NCBI GenBank assembly: GCA_963737905.1
Contig: CAVTUQ010000005.1
Coordinates: 114,742 to 178,741, forward strand
DNA from: an uncultured delta proteobacterium
Lineage (GTDB): Bacteria; Desulfobacterota; Binatia; UBA9968
Reading direction: 5' to 3'
DNA: 64,000 nt
Below are positions 26,775 through 37,167 of the stretch, one piece after another. The position numbers and the translations under genes were made by a program. Every line of letters starts with the position of its first letter. Positions within the stretch are counted from its first letter, which is position 1. Below the pieces are notes generated by a model. That model was not told the origin of the DNA. It did no database searches and worked only from the letters and a program-made list of their open reading frames with translations.

Positions 26775-27959
26775 ATGGAGTCAGTGAACCAAGAAAATCC
26801 AATCGAAACTGAAAACAGGGTGCGAGAAAAGCGCCAAACGCTGCACCTTTCGCAAAAGCAACTAGCCGAACTGGCGGGGATCACGCGTCAAGCGATTTGC
26901 GCAGTCGAGGCCAATCAATACTCGCCTTCGACTTCGGTGGCTTTGAAGCTTGCTCAGGTATTGCGCTGCAGAGTCGAGGATCTCTTTTATCTGAAAAGCA
27001 ATGGCGAGGTCGTGGAAGGGGAGCTGATCGGCCCTCTACCGAAAGGTTTCAACAAGGTCCGTGCCCAGGTCAGTCGAGTAGGGGCGCGGATACTGGTTCG
27101 TCCTCTGGTCGGTCTGGGAGAGCTTGCCACGCTTTCGACAACCGCCGACGGTCTGATTCTCGAACCTGGATCCGACGCCCAACACGTGAAGGTTCAGCTC
27201 CTTGAAAATCGTCAGGCTCTGAGCCGCAACATTGTTATCGCAGGATGTGACCCGGCAATGTTTCTTGCGTCCGAACACCTCAAACAGCGAACCGAGGATA
27301 ATCTAGTGCCTTGTCTCATGGGGAGCAGCTCCGCAATTGGCGCGCTGAAACGAGGCGAGGTGCACGTCGCCGGGGTTCACTTGATCGATGAGCGTTCGGG
27401 AGCCTGGAACCTTCCCTATCTGGACCGTAATCTCAACGGGATGGATTGCCTGGTTGTTACCTTTGCTCATTGGGAAGAGGGATTGATTGTCAGACAAGGA
27501 AATCCCAAGAAGATACGCGGCGTTCAGGATTTGGCTCGTCGAGGGATAACAATCGTCAACCGGGAAAACGGCTCCGGAGCGCGTCGCCTGCTCGATCGTC
27601 AACTGGAAAGCTGTGGAATAGAGCCGGCCAAGGTCAAAGGGTATGACAAGGAGGTTCTCTCACACCTGGAGGTTGCCGCGCGAGTCAAAGCCAGTTTGGC
27701 GGACGCCGGGTTCGGGATAGAAGCGGCAGCCTCGATCTGCGGTCTTGATTTCGTCGCTTTGCAGCGTGAGCGTTACGACTTGGTTATTCCCAAAGCCCAT
27801 TACGACCTTTTGCCAGGTTTGAGAAGGCTCCTCGATATGATAGTCAGCAAAAATTTCCGGGATGAGCTGGATGGACTAGGCGGATACGATACGCGCGAGA
27901 TCGGCAAAGTCGTGGAACGAGCAATTAGCAAAGCAGTGCGAAACAATCCAGGAAGCTAG
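26775..27959 (+). CDS. XRE-HTH plus PBP (molybdate-binding) domain transcriptional regulator
   Basis: SQKQLAELAGITRQAI...YSPS HTH; GCDPA, GSS.A...GEVHVAGVHL, NRENGSGAR, ERYDL, LGGYD. Confidence 0.85.
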   Translation: MESVNQENPIETENRVREKRQTLHLSQKQLAELAGITRQAICAVEANQYSPSTSVALKLAQVLRCRVEDLFYLKSNGEVVEGELIGPLPKGFNKVRAQVSRVGARILVRPLVGLGELATLSTTADGLILEPGSDAQHVKVQLLENRQALSRNIVIAGCDPAMFLASEHLKQRTEDNLVPCLMGSSSAIGALKRGEVHVAGVHLIDERSGAWNLPYLDRNLNGMDCLVVTFAHWEEGLIVRQGNPKKIRGVQDLARRGITIVNRENGSGARRLLDRQLESCGIEPAKVKGYDKEVLSHLEVAARVKASLADAGFGIEAAASICGLDFVALQRERYDLVIPKAHYDLLPGLRRLLDMIVSKNFRDELDGLGGYDTREIGKVVERAISKAVRNNPGS

Positions 27960-28736
27960 GTGAAGATGTTGCAATATGTGCGCAAATCACTATCCGTGGT
28001 CGCGGTATTCATCGCGTTGGCCTGGACCCAGACCAATGCATGGGCAGATGAAATTTTAGTTTCGGCGGCGGCGAGCCTCACCGACGTACTGAACGAGATC
28101 AGCAAGGGTTATCAGTCGAAATCGAAAAATACGGTCAAATTCAATTACGGCCCGTCCAGCGGCCTGGCGCGGCAAATCGAGGAAGGCGCGCCGGCGGATA
28201 TCTTTTTTTCTGCCGATCTCCCGCAGATGGATAATCTGGATAAAAAAGGCAGGCTCGAACCCGGCACGCGCAAAAACCTGCTTTCAAATCAGTTCGTGAT
28301 CATCGTGCCGATGGATTCCAAGCTCGCCATATCGTCACCAAAGGACTTAGTGAAAGCCGACGTCAAAAGGATCGCGCTTGCCGAGCCGTCCTCCGTCCCG
28401 GCGGGCGTCTACAGCAAAAAATACCTTGTCGACGAAGGGTTGTGGAATAAGGTCGAAGCCAAGGTTGTACCCGTGCAAGATGTGCGCGCGACACTGGCTT
28501 CGGTGGAATCCGGCAATGTCGAAGCCGGATTCGTCTACAAGACTGATGCCGCCGTCTCCAAGAAAGTGAAGATCGTCTACGAGGTGCCGATTGATAAAGG
28601 TCCGAGGATCACCTATCCCGTAGCGATCGTGAAAGAATCAAAGCATAAGGATGCCGCCCGTGATTTTCTGAACTACGTTTCTAGTCCGGCAGCCAAGGAT
28701 GTTTTCAAAAAATTCGGCTTTGTCGTGATAGACTGA
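27960..28736 (+). CDS. modA: Molybdate ABC substrate-binding protein
   Basis: SAAASLTD, SSG.LARQIEEGAPADIFFSA, VPAG.Y, DVRA.L, VYKTDA. Confidence 0.93.
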   Translation: MKMLQYVRKSLSVVAVFIALAWTQTNAWADEILVSAAASLTDVLNEISKGYQSKSKNTVKFNYGPSSGLARQIEEGAPADIFFSADLPQMDNLDKKGRLEPGTRKNLLSNQFVIIVPMDSKLAISSPKDLVKADVKRIALAEPSSVPAGVYSKKYLVDEGLWNKVEAKVVPVQDVRATLASVESGNVEAGFVYKTDAAVSKKVKIVYEVPIDKGPRITYPVAIVKESKHKDAARDFLNYVSSPAAKDVFKKFGFVVID

Positions 28737-28758
28737 GCCGACGAAGCCTCATCGTTTC

Positions 28759-29434
28759 GTGATCCCTTCCTTTGAAACCTGGCAGATCACCCTCTTTTCC
28801 ATTGCCGTCGGACTTGCTAGCACGCTCCTGATTCTGCCGTTTGGTATCGCGCTGGCGTGGCTCTTCGCGCGCAAAGAGTGGCCGCTAAAGAGTGTCGTCG
28901 AAACCGTCGTGCTTCTGCCGCTGGTGATGCCGCCGGTTTCGACCGGGCTGATCCTGCTCAAAATCTTCGGCCGGCGTAGCCCGTTGGGTCATTGGCTCTA
29001 CGAGCGCGGCATAGAAATCGTTTTCAACTGGAAAGGGGTACTGATCGCCATGTCGGTGATGTCCTTTCCTCTGCTCGTCCGATCGGTCCGGACGTCTTTT
29101 GCCGAGGTCAATCTCCGGCTCGAGCAAATTGCCGCAACCCTCGGCGCTTCGCCCGTGAAAATTTTCTTCGTCATCACCATCCCGCTCGCTTACAAAGGCA
29201 TCGTTGCCGGGCGCTCTGCTGGCGTTTTCGCGCGCTTTGGGAGAATTCGGAGCGACAATCCTGTTGGCAGGCAACATCCCAGGCAAGACGCAAACGCTGT
29301 CCTTGGCAATCTATAATTTCGTGCAATTGGGCAAGGATCCCGAAGCCTATACCTTGCTAGGCATCACCGTCGCCTTGGCATTCCTTTTCGTCTGGTCCTC
29401 CGAATGGCTGTTACGGTCAGAAAAGAAGGCGTAA
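28759..29434 (+). CDS. modB: Molybdate ABC permease, +1 frameshift near 29210
   Basis: LPLVMPPVSTG; then LAFSRALGEFGATILLAGNIPGKTQT in the shifted frame. Confidence 0.9.
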
Positions 29435-30508
29435 ATGTTGCTCCGGTGTCGCCTACCGCTAGCTCACTTCGAATTAGATATTGACGTATCCTTCGATGCT
29501 CGGCTGGCGTCGATTTTTGGACCCTCAGGTTCAGGGAAAACTACCCTCCTTGACGCCATCGCCGGTTTGCGGGACATAACGGCGGGAGAAATCGAAATCG
29601 ATGGCAGCACGCTTTTCTCTTCCGCGCGCGGCATTAATCGACCGCCGCGAGAACGCGGCATCGGCTACGTCCCGCAAGAGGGTGCGCTTTTCCCGCATCT
29701 TTCGGTGCGGAAAAATATCCTTTTCGGTTCCGGCCGCACCGCCGACATCAGCCAGTCAAAGAGCCTCAGTATGGAACATGTGTTGAGTGTCCTTGAAATC
29801 GGCAGTTTATTGGACCGTCCAGTGACGAAGCTTTCCGGAGGAGAAGCGCAGAGAGTGGCATTGGCCAGAGCGATATTGTCCCAACCACGATTGCTTTTGC
29901 TGGATGAGCCTTTGGCGTCCTTGGATATCGGCCTCAAGGAGAAGATTTTGCCTTATCTTGCCCGCGTTCGTGACGAATTTGAAATTCCGATGATTTACGT
30001 AACCCATAATTTGACCGAGGTTCTGACTTTAGCCGATTGGGTGTTGATGATCCGGCAGGGACGATTGGTGACCCAGGGAGTTCCGAAAGAAGCGCTCAGG
30101 TCCATGCATGCGATCATGCACTTTCCGGAAGAGCAGTTCGAAAACGTTTTTACTGTCACTTTTATCGAGTCAGATCCCGAAGCCGGTAGAACCAAAGTGC
30201 GTTTGCAAGGCGGGCAGGAGCTTTTCATTCCCTATCTGCCGCGACCAGAAAGCCAAACTGTCCAGATTCGTATCAGCGCTGATGATATCCTCGTCTCTAT
30301 AAGACGGCCTGAGGGAATCTCAGCCGGCAATGTCCTGCCGGGAACTGTTCGACGAGTCGATGAAATCGAGGGGCAGGCGATGGTCACGGTCGCCGCCGGA
30401 GACGAGTTTTACGCGCGGCTCACCGTCGCTGCGATCAAACGGCTCGGTCTCGTCGAGGAAACTCCCGTGTTTCTCATCATGAAAACCCGTTCCTTTCGTT
30501 CACTCTGA
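29435..30508 (+). CDS. modC: Molybdate ABC ATPase with TOBE domain
   Basis: GPSGSGKT, LFPHLSV, LSGGEAQR, LDEPLASLD, SAGNVLPG. Confidence 0.93.
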   Translation: MLLRCRLPLAHFELDIDVSFDARLASIFGPSGSGKTTLLDAIAGLRDITAGEIEIDGSTLFSSARGINRPPRERGIGYVPQEGALFPHLSVRKNILFGSGRTADISQSKSLSMEHVLSVLEIGSLLDRPVTKLSGGEAQRVALARAILSQPRLLLLDEPLASLDIGLKEKILPYLARVRDEFEIPMIYVTHNLTEVLTLADWVLMIRQGRLVTQGVPKEALRSMHAIMHFPEEQFENVFTVTFIESDPEAGRTKVRLQGGQELFIPYLPRPESQTVQIRISADDILVSIRRPEGISAGNVLPGTVRRVDEIEGQAMVTVAAGDEFYARLTVAAIKRLGLVEETPVFLIMKTRSFRSL

Positions 30509-30654
30509 TCTGCTTCACCTAAAGATTTTCGTTCACGAAAAATCCATTCTTGCGGCTTGCGAAGCGATATCGAGCGGGTGCCAGAACTTGCTAGAACTTA
30601 TAAATCGTTTGCGTTAGCGGTAGACTTGTTGCGGGCGTGTTGAGCGAACGGTCA

Positions 30655-31086
30655 ATGACTGGTAAACATGCGGGGCTTTTGATCTTTTTTTGCCTTCTTT
30701 GGATCGGCTGCGGGCGCAACGAGCGGATGGATTTGCTTTACGCCCAGCGCTGCATGGGTTGTCATGGCCTGTCGGGGCGGGGCGACGGGCCCGTGGCGGC
30801 TTCACTGCCCGTCCGTGTGCCTGACTTCCGGGAGACCGTGGAAAAGAAAAGCACCCCGCAGATCCGGCGAGCGATTGCTGAAGGACGTGGCATCATGCCG
30901 GCCTTTGGTCCGGCGTTACGTCCTGCCGAAATTACGGACATGGTTCAAATGGTGCGCTTCTTGAGCCGCGAAGGTCGGAACATCAGTTGGTGGGAAAAAT
31001 ACGACACCCTAGTTGTGGCTCACTGCAATGTGCCATGGGAGCTGGTGTTGGGTTACGACGAGCCGGAGGAGGAGAAACAGCCTTGA
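30655..31086 (+). CDS. Monoheme c-type cytochrome lipoprotein
   Basis: CMGCH heme motif, GDGP, MPAF distal Met. Confidence 0.85.
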   Translation: MTGKHAGLLIFFCLLWIGCGRNERMDLLYAQRCMGCHGLSGRGDGPVAASLPVRVPDFRETVEKKSTPQIRRAIAEGRGIMPAFGPALRPAEITDMVQMVRFLSREGRNISWWEKYDTLVVAHCNVPWELVLGYDEPEEEKQP

Positions 31087-31158
31087 GACAGTCCGACTGA
31101 AAATTCAGGCCTGTGCCTTTCGTGCGCGTTTGAGGTTGTTGAACGGCGAAACGTCGGC

Positions 31159-31187
31159 TTGACAAGGCATGAGCTTAAAACTAAACT
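31159..31187 (+). promoter_or_regulatory. Sigma70 promoter of the zapB-zapA unit
   Basis: TTGACA-17-TAAACT. Confidence 0.7.
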
Positions 31188-31217
31188 CAAACCTGAGATT
31201 TTGTGGTGCAAGGTTCT

Positions 31218-31448
31218 ATGGCGCTCGATCATATCGAACAGCTCGAAGCGAAGGTCATGCGGCTCGTTGAGAAGCACGAAAGAATTAAAAAGGAAAAGGA
31301 ATCGTTCGAAAAAAGATTGCAGCAAAAGGAAAGCGAGTGGCACAACCTGAAGGGGCAGATCCGACAATACGAGCGTGAGCGGACTGAACTCCGGGAAAAA
31401 TTGGACAAGATTCTCGGTCAATTCGCGAGTCTGGACCTGCCTGACTGA
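31218..31448 (+). CDS. zapB: ZapB-like coiled-coil cell division protein
   Basis: Short all-coiled-coil ORF immediately upstream of zapA. Confidence 0.7.
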   Translation: MALDHIEQLEAKVMRLVEKHERIKKEKESFEKRLQQKESEWHNLKGQIRQYERERTELREKLDKILGQFASLDLPD

Positions 31449-31457
31449 CGTGAGGGC

Positions 31458-31739
31458 ATGATGAAAAAGGCACTCGACGTTGAAATTCTGGGTCAAAAGC
31501 TGACGATCAGTAGCGATGCTGAGGAGAGTTACATGCTGAAGGTGGCCGGCTATGTCGATGACAAGATGCAGGCGCTTTCGAGGGCACAGAAACCGGCCAA
31601 CAAGTCCAACATCGCGATGCTGGCTGCGCTTAATATTGCCGACGAATATCATCGACTCAAGGAATCACACGAAACAATTCTCAACCGGTTGAGCCAATTG
31701 TCCAAAAAACTTTCAACGATGTTAACTGAGGAGGGTTAG
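31458..31739 (+). CDS. zapA: Cell division protein ZapA
   Basis: VEILGQ...VAGYVDDKM...AMLAALNIADE. Confidence 0.9.
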   Translation: MMKKALDVEILGQKLTISSDAEESYMLKVAGYVDDKMQALSRAQKPANKSNIAMLAALNIADEYHRLKESHETILNRLSQLSKKLSTMLTEEG

Positions 31740-31755
31740 AAGCTTTAAGGTGATC

Positions 31756-32098
31756 GATTTTCTCTGCTGTACTTGGAGAGAGAGCTAGGACAAATGCGGG
31801 GAAACATTTAAAGGATGTGGCGTGGAAAGATGAGGGAACGGGGAAAACATATTCTAATGGACCTGATCTGTTGGTTTCTGGCATTCGTAAATTGGACGAG
31901 CGTTCGGCGGCCCCTTGGGGAAAGCCGGCATATTTGGACGGAAATCCCACTAGTAAACGAAAGCCTACTGGCGGCTGTTTCTGTGCGTGGAAATCGGCTG
32001 TCAAGGGGACCCACTCTTGCGACTCGTAGATCAGACCTCTAGAGATAACTTTTCCGCTTAATTGTATCTCTCGTCTCTCTACCCACTGTCTGGGAGTC
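31756..32098 (+). ncRNA. ssrS: Probable 6S RNA (boundaries uncertain)
   Basis: Conserved zapA-ssrS-ygfA position; end-to-end complementarity (GAGAGAGAG..ACAA..GCGGGGAA with TTTTCCGC..TTGT..CTCTCGTCTCTC; CTGATCT with AGATCAG). Confidence 0.55.
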
Positions 32099-32116
32099 CG
32101 GCATGTGGGGCTTTCA

Positions 32117-32716
32117 ATGAGAGAGAAAAAACATTCTTTGCGTGCCGCTGCGTTGACCCAGCGCCGCCTGCTGTCACGATCAGAATCCCTTGCCCGGAGC
32201 CGCTTGATTCAAGCGCGGGTGCTGCAGTTTCCCCCCTATCTCCTTAGTCGTTCAGCGGCACTTTATAATCCGATACAAAACGAGGTTGAAACGGGGGCAA
32301 TCCGGGATCATGCGCTGGCGACGGGAAAGAATGTTTTCTTCCCGCGATCTGGGCCAGAAGACTCGCTGGGATTGATCAAGATCGAGTCGGCGATTGATTT
32401 TAGCCCGGGTCGTTTTGGAATCCTGGAGCCAACAGGCGAAGGGCGACTGGCCGCCCGGGATCGAGGGGAACTGATGGTCTTTGTGCCCGGGGTTGCCTTC
32501 GATTTGCGCGGCAACCGTCTGGGGCGAGGCAAGGGTTGGTATGACCGCCTGATAAAGGAGTTGGGCGGGGCGATTTTGGTTGCTTTAGCCTACGATTTTC
32601 AGATCGTAGACGAAGTGCCCGAAGAAGAATGGGATCAAAGAGTTCATTACGTGATTACAGAAAGGAGTGTTGTCGACTGCCGGTCCGTGCCGGTGCAGTC
32701 GAGGCAGGTTTCATAA
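32117..32716 (+). CDS. ygfA: 5-formyltetrahydrofolate cyclo-ligase
   Basis: GRFGILEP; VPGVAFDLRGNRLGRGKGWYDR. Confidence 0.93.
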   Translation: MREKKHSLRAAALTQRRLLSRSESLARSRLIQARVLQFPPYLLSRSAALYNPIQNEVETGAIRDHALATGKNVFFPRSGPEDSLGLIKIESAIDFSPGRFGILEPTGEGRLAARDRGELMVFVPGVAFDLRGNRLGRGKGWYDRLIKELGGAILVALAYDFQIVDEVPEEEWDQRVHYVITERSVVDCRSVPVQSRQVS

Positions 32717-32737
32717 GTTCATTGATTACGAAAGGGG

Positions 32738-34312
32738 GTGTTGGCGTTGGATCAGAATATCTGGTTCGGCATTGCAGGTTTACTGCTGGGTGTGTTGTTC
32801 GCGCTGTCGATTGTTTGGGTGCGGCGCAAGCAACAGCGCAAAGAAATTGAGCTTGCCGAGAACGCAGCCGCCCGCATTGTTGAAGAAGCGAAAAAGGACG
32901 CGGGCGCAATCAAAAAAGAGGCCGAGATACAGGCCAAGGACAGTCTGGTAAAAGAAAAATTGGATTTCGAGAAGGAGGTGCGAGAGACCCGGCGAGAGCT
33001 TCAAACGTCCGAAAAGCGATTGGTCGGCAAAGAAGAAGCTTTGGATAAGAGGATCGATTCCGTCGAGAAACGAGATAGTGACATGGGCCGGCGAGAGGCC
33101 GCACTCAAGTCTCGAGAAAAAAGCATCGAGGACAAATCCGCGGAGTACGAGCGCCAAGTCGATGAGGCGAGAAAGCAGTTGGAACAAGTCGCGGGGATGA
33201 CCCGTGAGGAGGCGAAAAGGAATCTCATCGATCAAATGGTCGAAGAGGCGAAACACGACTCCGCCAAACGGATTCGTGTGGTCGAGGAAGGAGCCAAAGA
33301 AGAAGCGGTTCGCAAGAGCCAAAAAATTATCGCTTTGGCTATCGAGAGGCTTGCCGGCGATTTTGTCGCGGAGCGGTCGGTGACGGTGGTGCCGTTGCCC
33401 AACGACGAGCTGAAGGGAAAAATCATCGGCCGGGAGGGTCGCAACATTAGAGCTCTCGAGGCGGCGACCGGAATCGACCTGATTGTCGATGATACACCGG
33501 AAACCGTAGTGATTTCGGGTCACAATCCGATTCGGCGAGAGATCGCGCGCTTGTCCTTAGAGAAGCTCATTTCGGACGGGCGCATTCATCCCGGAAGGAT
33601 CGAAGAGGTGGTCCGCAAATCCGAGCAAGAGTTAGACGAAGCGATTCGTGAGGCCGGACAGAAGGCCATTTTCGACGTGGGAGTTCATGGAGTTCACCCG
33701 GAGATTATCAAGCTTCTGGGGCGGCTCAAATATCGTTATAGTTATGCGCAAAACGTGTTGCTGCATTCCATCGAGGCCGCGTTTATCTGTGGCATGATGG
33801 CGTCGGAGCTGGGCTTGAATGAAAAACAAGCTCGGCGCGCGGCGCTGCTCCACGATATCGGTAAGGCGGTGGACCATGAGGTGGAGGGATCCCATGCGAT
33901 CATCGGCGCCGAACTCGCGCGCAAGTACGGCGAGTCGCCCAAAATCGTCAATGCGATAGCCGCGCACCATGAAGACGTGAAAGCGGAAACGATTCTGGCG
34001 CCTTTGGTGGATGCGGCGGACGCGCTGTCGGGAGCGCGACCTGGGGCTCGCCGCGAAATGATGGAATCCTACGTGCGGCGTCTCGAAGAGCTGGAGCGCA
34101 TTACGAACTCGTTTAAAGGGGTGGAAAAATCCTACGCGGTTCAAGCGGGGAGAGAGATCCGCATAATGGTCCAGCATGACATCGTTTCGGACGACGAAGC
34201 CTCACGTATGGCGCGGGAGATCGCGCGCAAGATTGAAACTGAAATGACTTACCCCGGACAGATCAAGGTTACGGTCATTCGCGAGGTGCGCTCGGTGGAT
34301 TACGCCAAGTGA
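32738..34312 (+). CDS. rny: Ribonuclease Y
   Basis: N-terminal TM and coiled coil, [15 protein letters not shown] domain, LLHDIGK HD domain, [12 protein letters not shown]. Confidence 0.97.
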   Translation: MLALDQNIWFGIAGLLLGVLFALSIVWVRRKQQRKEIELAENAAARIVEEAKKDAGAIKKEAEIQAKDSLVKEKLDFEKEVRETRRELQTSEKRLVGKEEALDKRIDSVEKRDSDMGRREAALKSREKSIEDKSAEYERQVDEARKQLEQVAGMTREEAKRNLIDQMVEEAKHDSAKRIRVVEEGAKEEAVRKSQKIIALAIERLAGDFVAERSVTVVPLPNDELKGKIIGREGRNIRALEAATGIDLIVDDTPETVVISGHNPIRREIARLSLEKLISDGRIHPGRIEEVVRKSEQELDEAIREAGQKAIFDVGVHGVHPEIIKLLGRLKYRYSYAQNVLLHSIEAAFICGMMASELGLNEKQARRAALLHDIGKAVDHEVEGSHAIIGAELARKYGESPKIVNAIAAHHEDVKAETILAPLVDAADALSGARPGARREMMESYVRRLEELERITNSFKGVEKSYAVQAGREIRIMVQHDIVSDDEASRMAREIARKIETEMTYPGQIKVTVIREVRSVDYAK

Positions 34313-34327
34313 AAAGATGGGTTCGCC

Positions 34328-35122
34328 ATGCGCATACTGATTCTCGGCGATGTGATGGGTCGCCCTGCCCGGAGGGCGGTGAGGGAACTTGTCCCGGCTC
34401 TGATCAGGGAAGAGAAGATCGACCTTGCCATCGCGAACGCGGAGAACGCCGCCGGCGGAATGGGGGTCGACATCAAGAGCGCGGCAGAGCTTTTCTCGGC
34501 CGGTATCCACGTGCTGACATCGGGCAATCACATCTGGAAAAAGAAGGAGATCTACGCCTTTCTGGATGAACAATCCTATTTGCTTCGCCCGGCGAACTTT
34601 CCTGAGGGAGCGCCGGGACGGGGTTGGTGCGAGTGGCGGAATCCGGATGACTTAAAGGCGCTGGTCATTAATGTCCAGGGACGAGTTTTTATGCCGAACC
34701 ATGTCGATGACCCTTTCCGTTGTGTCGACATGATTCTGAAGGAGCATGGTCATCACTCCCGGGTCATTGTTGTAGACATGCATGCGGAAGCAACTTCGGA
34801 AAAAAATGCGATGGGTTGGTATCTTGATGGTCGTGCTTCCGCCGTGTACGGGACACACACGCACATTCAGACCTCCGATGAGCGGATCTTTCCGAGCGGG
34901 ACAGCTTATATTACGGATGTGGGAATGTGCGGTCCCTTCGATTCGGTGATCGGCATGGAAAAAGAGACGGTCATCCATGGGTTCATCAGTCAGCTACCGC
35001 GGAAGTTTGAGGTTGCGCAGGGAAATGTGGTGCTCCAGGGAGTCATTGTTGATGTCGACCCTGCTAACGGTAAAGCGCGCGAAATCCGCCGGCTGCGGCT
35101 TCATCATGAGCCGTTGTCTTGA
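34328..35122 (+). CDS. ymdB: YmdB/TIGR00282 metallophosphoesterase
   Basis: GDVMG, NAENAAGG, TSGNH, DMHAEATSEK, GTHTH. Confidence 0.93.
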   Translation: MRILILGDVMGRPARRAVRELVPALIREEKIDLAIANAENAAGGMGVDIKSAAELFSAGIHVLTSGNHIWKKKEIYAFLDEQSYLLRPANFPEGAPGRGWCEWRNPDDLKALVINVQGRVFMPNHVDDPFRCVDMILKEHGHHSRVIVVDMHAEATSEKNAMGWYLDGRASAVYGTHTHIQTSDERIFPSGTAYITDVGMCGPFDSVIGMEKETVIHGFISQLPRKFEVAQGNVVLQGVIVDVDPANGKAREIRRLRLHHEPLS

Positions 35123-35125
35123 ATC

Positions 35126-36322
35126 ATGGACGACATTCATACACAGCTCGAGCTCATCAAGCGGGGTGCCGTCGAGGTCTTGCCGGAGGAAGAACTCCTC
35201 ACTAAGCTCAAACGAGGCCGGCCACTTAAAATCAAGGCCGGCTTCGATCCCACGGCTCCAGATCTGCACCTGGGGCACACGGTCTTGATCCAAAAGATGA
35301 AACAGTTTCAGGATCTGGGGCATGAGGTGATTTTTCTGATCGGTGACTTCACCGGCATGATCGGGGATCCCTCCGGCAAGTCGGAGACACGCAAGCAACT
35401 TACACGCGAGGAAGTCGTAACCAACGCCGAGACCTATAAAGAGCAGATCTTCAAGATTCTTGACCCGAAAAAAACTATTATCGAGTTCAATCATCGCTGG
35501 ATGGAACAATTGGATGCCGTCGGGCTCATCGAATTGGCCGCGAAATATACGGTGGCGCGGATGTTGGAGCGTGAAGACTTCAAGCAGCGTTATCAAAACC
35601 AGCAGCCCATCAGCATTCACGAATTCCTCTATCCTCTGGTTCAGGGGTACGATTCTGTCGTGCTCAAAGCCGACATCGAGTTGGGTGGAACAGACCAGCG
35701 GTTCAACTTGCTCATGGGTCGCGAATTGCAGCGGGAGTATGGCCATGAGCCGCAGGTGGTTTTGACTATGCCTTTGCTAGAAGGCACCGACGGCGTTCAG
35801 AAGATGAGCAAGTCCCTGGGCAACTATATCGGCATCAATGAAGCGCCCGAAGAGATCTTCGGCAAGCTCATGTCGATCTCCGACGAGTTGATGTGGCGCT
35901 ATTACGAATTGCTCAGCGACAAAGACCTCCGGGAAATTCAAACTCTGCGCTCCCGAGTGGAGGAGGGGAAGCTGCATCCGATGGAAATCAAGAAACAACT
36001 CGCCAAGGAATTGGTTTTGCGATTTCACGGATCCGCTGCAGCACAATTTGCACTTGACTATTTTGAAAGCCGTTACCAAAAGAGGTCGGTGCCCGAGGGC
36101 ATTCGAAAACAGTTTTCTCCGCCGGAATCCGTCTGGATTTGTGAGCTGATTGCCGACTACCTCCAGTTCGCCAAGTCTCGAAGCGAAGCCCGGCGCTTGG
36201 TCACTCAAGGAGCCGTTAAAGTGGATGGCAAGGTTATAACGGATATTAATTTTCAGTTTCAAGGCAGGACCCACCAGGTCATAGAAGTAGGGAAGAATCG
36301 CATTGCTCAAGCCGCAAAGTAA
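35126..36322 (+). CDS. tyrS: Tyrosine--tRNA ligase
   Basis: [19 protein letters not shown]-terminal S4 domain. Confidence 0.97.
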   Translation: MDDIHTQLELIKRGAVEVLPEEELLTKLKRGRPLKIKAGFDPTAPDLHLGHTVLIQKMKQFQDLGHEVIFLIGDFTGMIGDPSGKSETRKQLTREEVVTNAETYKEQIFKILDPKKTIIEFNHRWMEQLDAVGLIELAAKYTVARMLEREDFKQRYQNQQPISIHEFLYPLVQGYDSVVLKADIELGGTDQRFNLLMGRELQREYGHEPQVVLTMPLLEGTDGVQKMSKSLGNYIGINEAPEEIFGKLMSISDELMWRYYELLSDKDLREIQTLRSRVEEGKLHPMEIKKQLAKELVLRFHGSAAAQFALDYFESRYQKRSVPEGIRKQFSPPESVWICELIADYLQFAKSRSEARRLVTQGAVKVDGKVITDINFQFQGRTHQVIEVGKNRIAQAAK

Positions 36323-36346
36323 TGTGCGTTTGTTGGATCGGAGGAG

Positions 36347-36375
36347 TTGAATTAGCCGGTCACGATGGGTAAACT
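36347..36375 (+). promoter_or_regulatory. Sigma70 promoter for greA
   Basis: TTGAAT-17-TAAACT. Confidence 0.65.
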
Positions 36376-36434
36376 AAGCGGGTGAGCTGATCTCACAGGC
36401 TGAGAAAGAAAGCGTGAGGCCAGCCGCCGAGTTA

Positions 36435-36473
36435 AGAGCCTCTCAGGAGAGATTCCCGAGGGGTTTTTATTTT
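36435..36473 (+). terminator. Intrinsic terminator in the greA leader
   Basis: AGAGCCTCTC..GAGGGGTTTT stem followed by a T-rich tract, 18 nt before the greA ATG. Confidence 0.65.
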
Positions 36474-36491
36474 CTATAGGAGTGGAAACAT

Positions 36492-36980
36492 ATGGCAACT
36501 GAGGACGCGCGGGTTCCGATGACCCATCGAGGTTACCAGTTTTTACTGGAGGAGTTAAAGCGCTTAAAAGGCGTGGAAAGACCGAAAATCGTTCGCGAAA
36601 TTGAAGAGGCTAGGGACCATGGCGATCTGTCCGAGAATGCCGAGTTTCACGCGGCTAAAGAAAGGCAATCGTTATTGGACGTCCAGATCCGCGAGATCGA
36701 CGACCGGCTTGCGCGCGCACAGGTAATCGAGGTGTCCAAACTCTCGGGGGACAAAGTGGTATTCGGCGCCACGGTGTCCTTGGCCGATGGTGATACCGGC
36801 GATAAGGTGGTATATCAAATCGTGGGTGATCACGAGGCAGAGCCGAAGAACGGAAAGATTTCGATTAGTTCTCCCGTCGCCCGTGCTTTGATCGGTAAGA
36901 GCGAGGGAGACGAGGTTCAGGTCCGCACCCCCACGGGCGTCCGTTCATTTGAGATTCTTAGTGTAGAGTACATCGACTAG
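36492..36980 (+). CDS. greA: Transcription elongation factor GreA
   Basis: GDLSENAEFHAAKE; FGATV; IS..SPVARALIGK. Confidence 0.96.
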   Translation: MATEDARVPMTHRGYQFLLEELKRLKGVERPKIVREIEEARDHGDLSENAEFHAAKERQSLLDVQIREIDDRLARAQVIEVSKLSGDKVVFGATVSLADGDTGDKVVYQIVGDHEAEPKNGKISISSPVARALIGKSEGDEVQVRTPTGVRSFEILSVEYID

Positions 36981-37167
36981 ATCTCTCCTCTGCAGTGACG
37001 CGGGCCTGACGGGGAAAGGAATCATGTCCTTTTCAGTCAACACGCCAGGTCGCGATCCTTCTCCAATTCCTTCGTTAAACTTGCGCGCGGGTCCGAGTCT
37101 ACATCGTCGTCAGTCTTGCTGCCAGAAATTCACCGGCTGGAAAGAGCTAACTTACGGACCCGGCGGG

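Noticed and set aside
32780-36310. Long antisense ORFs (247, 181, 250, 177 aa) opposite rny and tyrS
   Set aside because: Typical shadow frames of GC-rich coding DNA with no recognisable motifs
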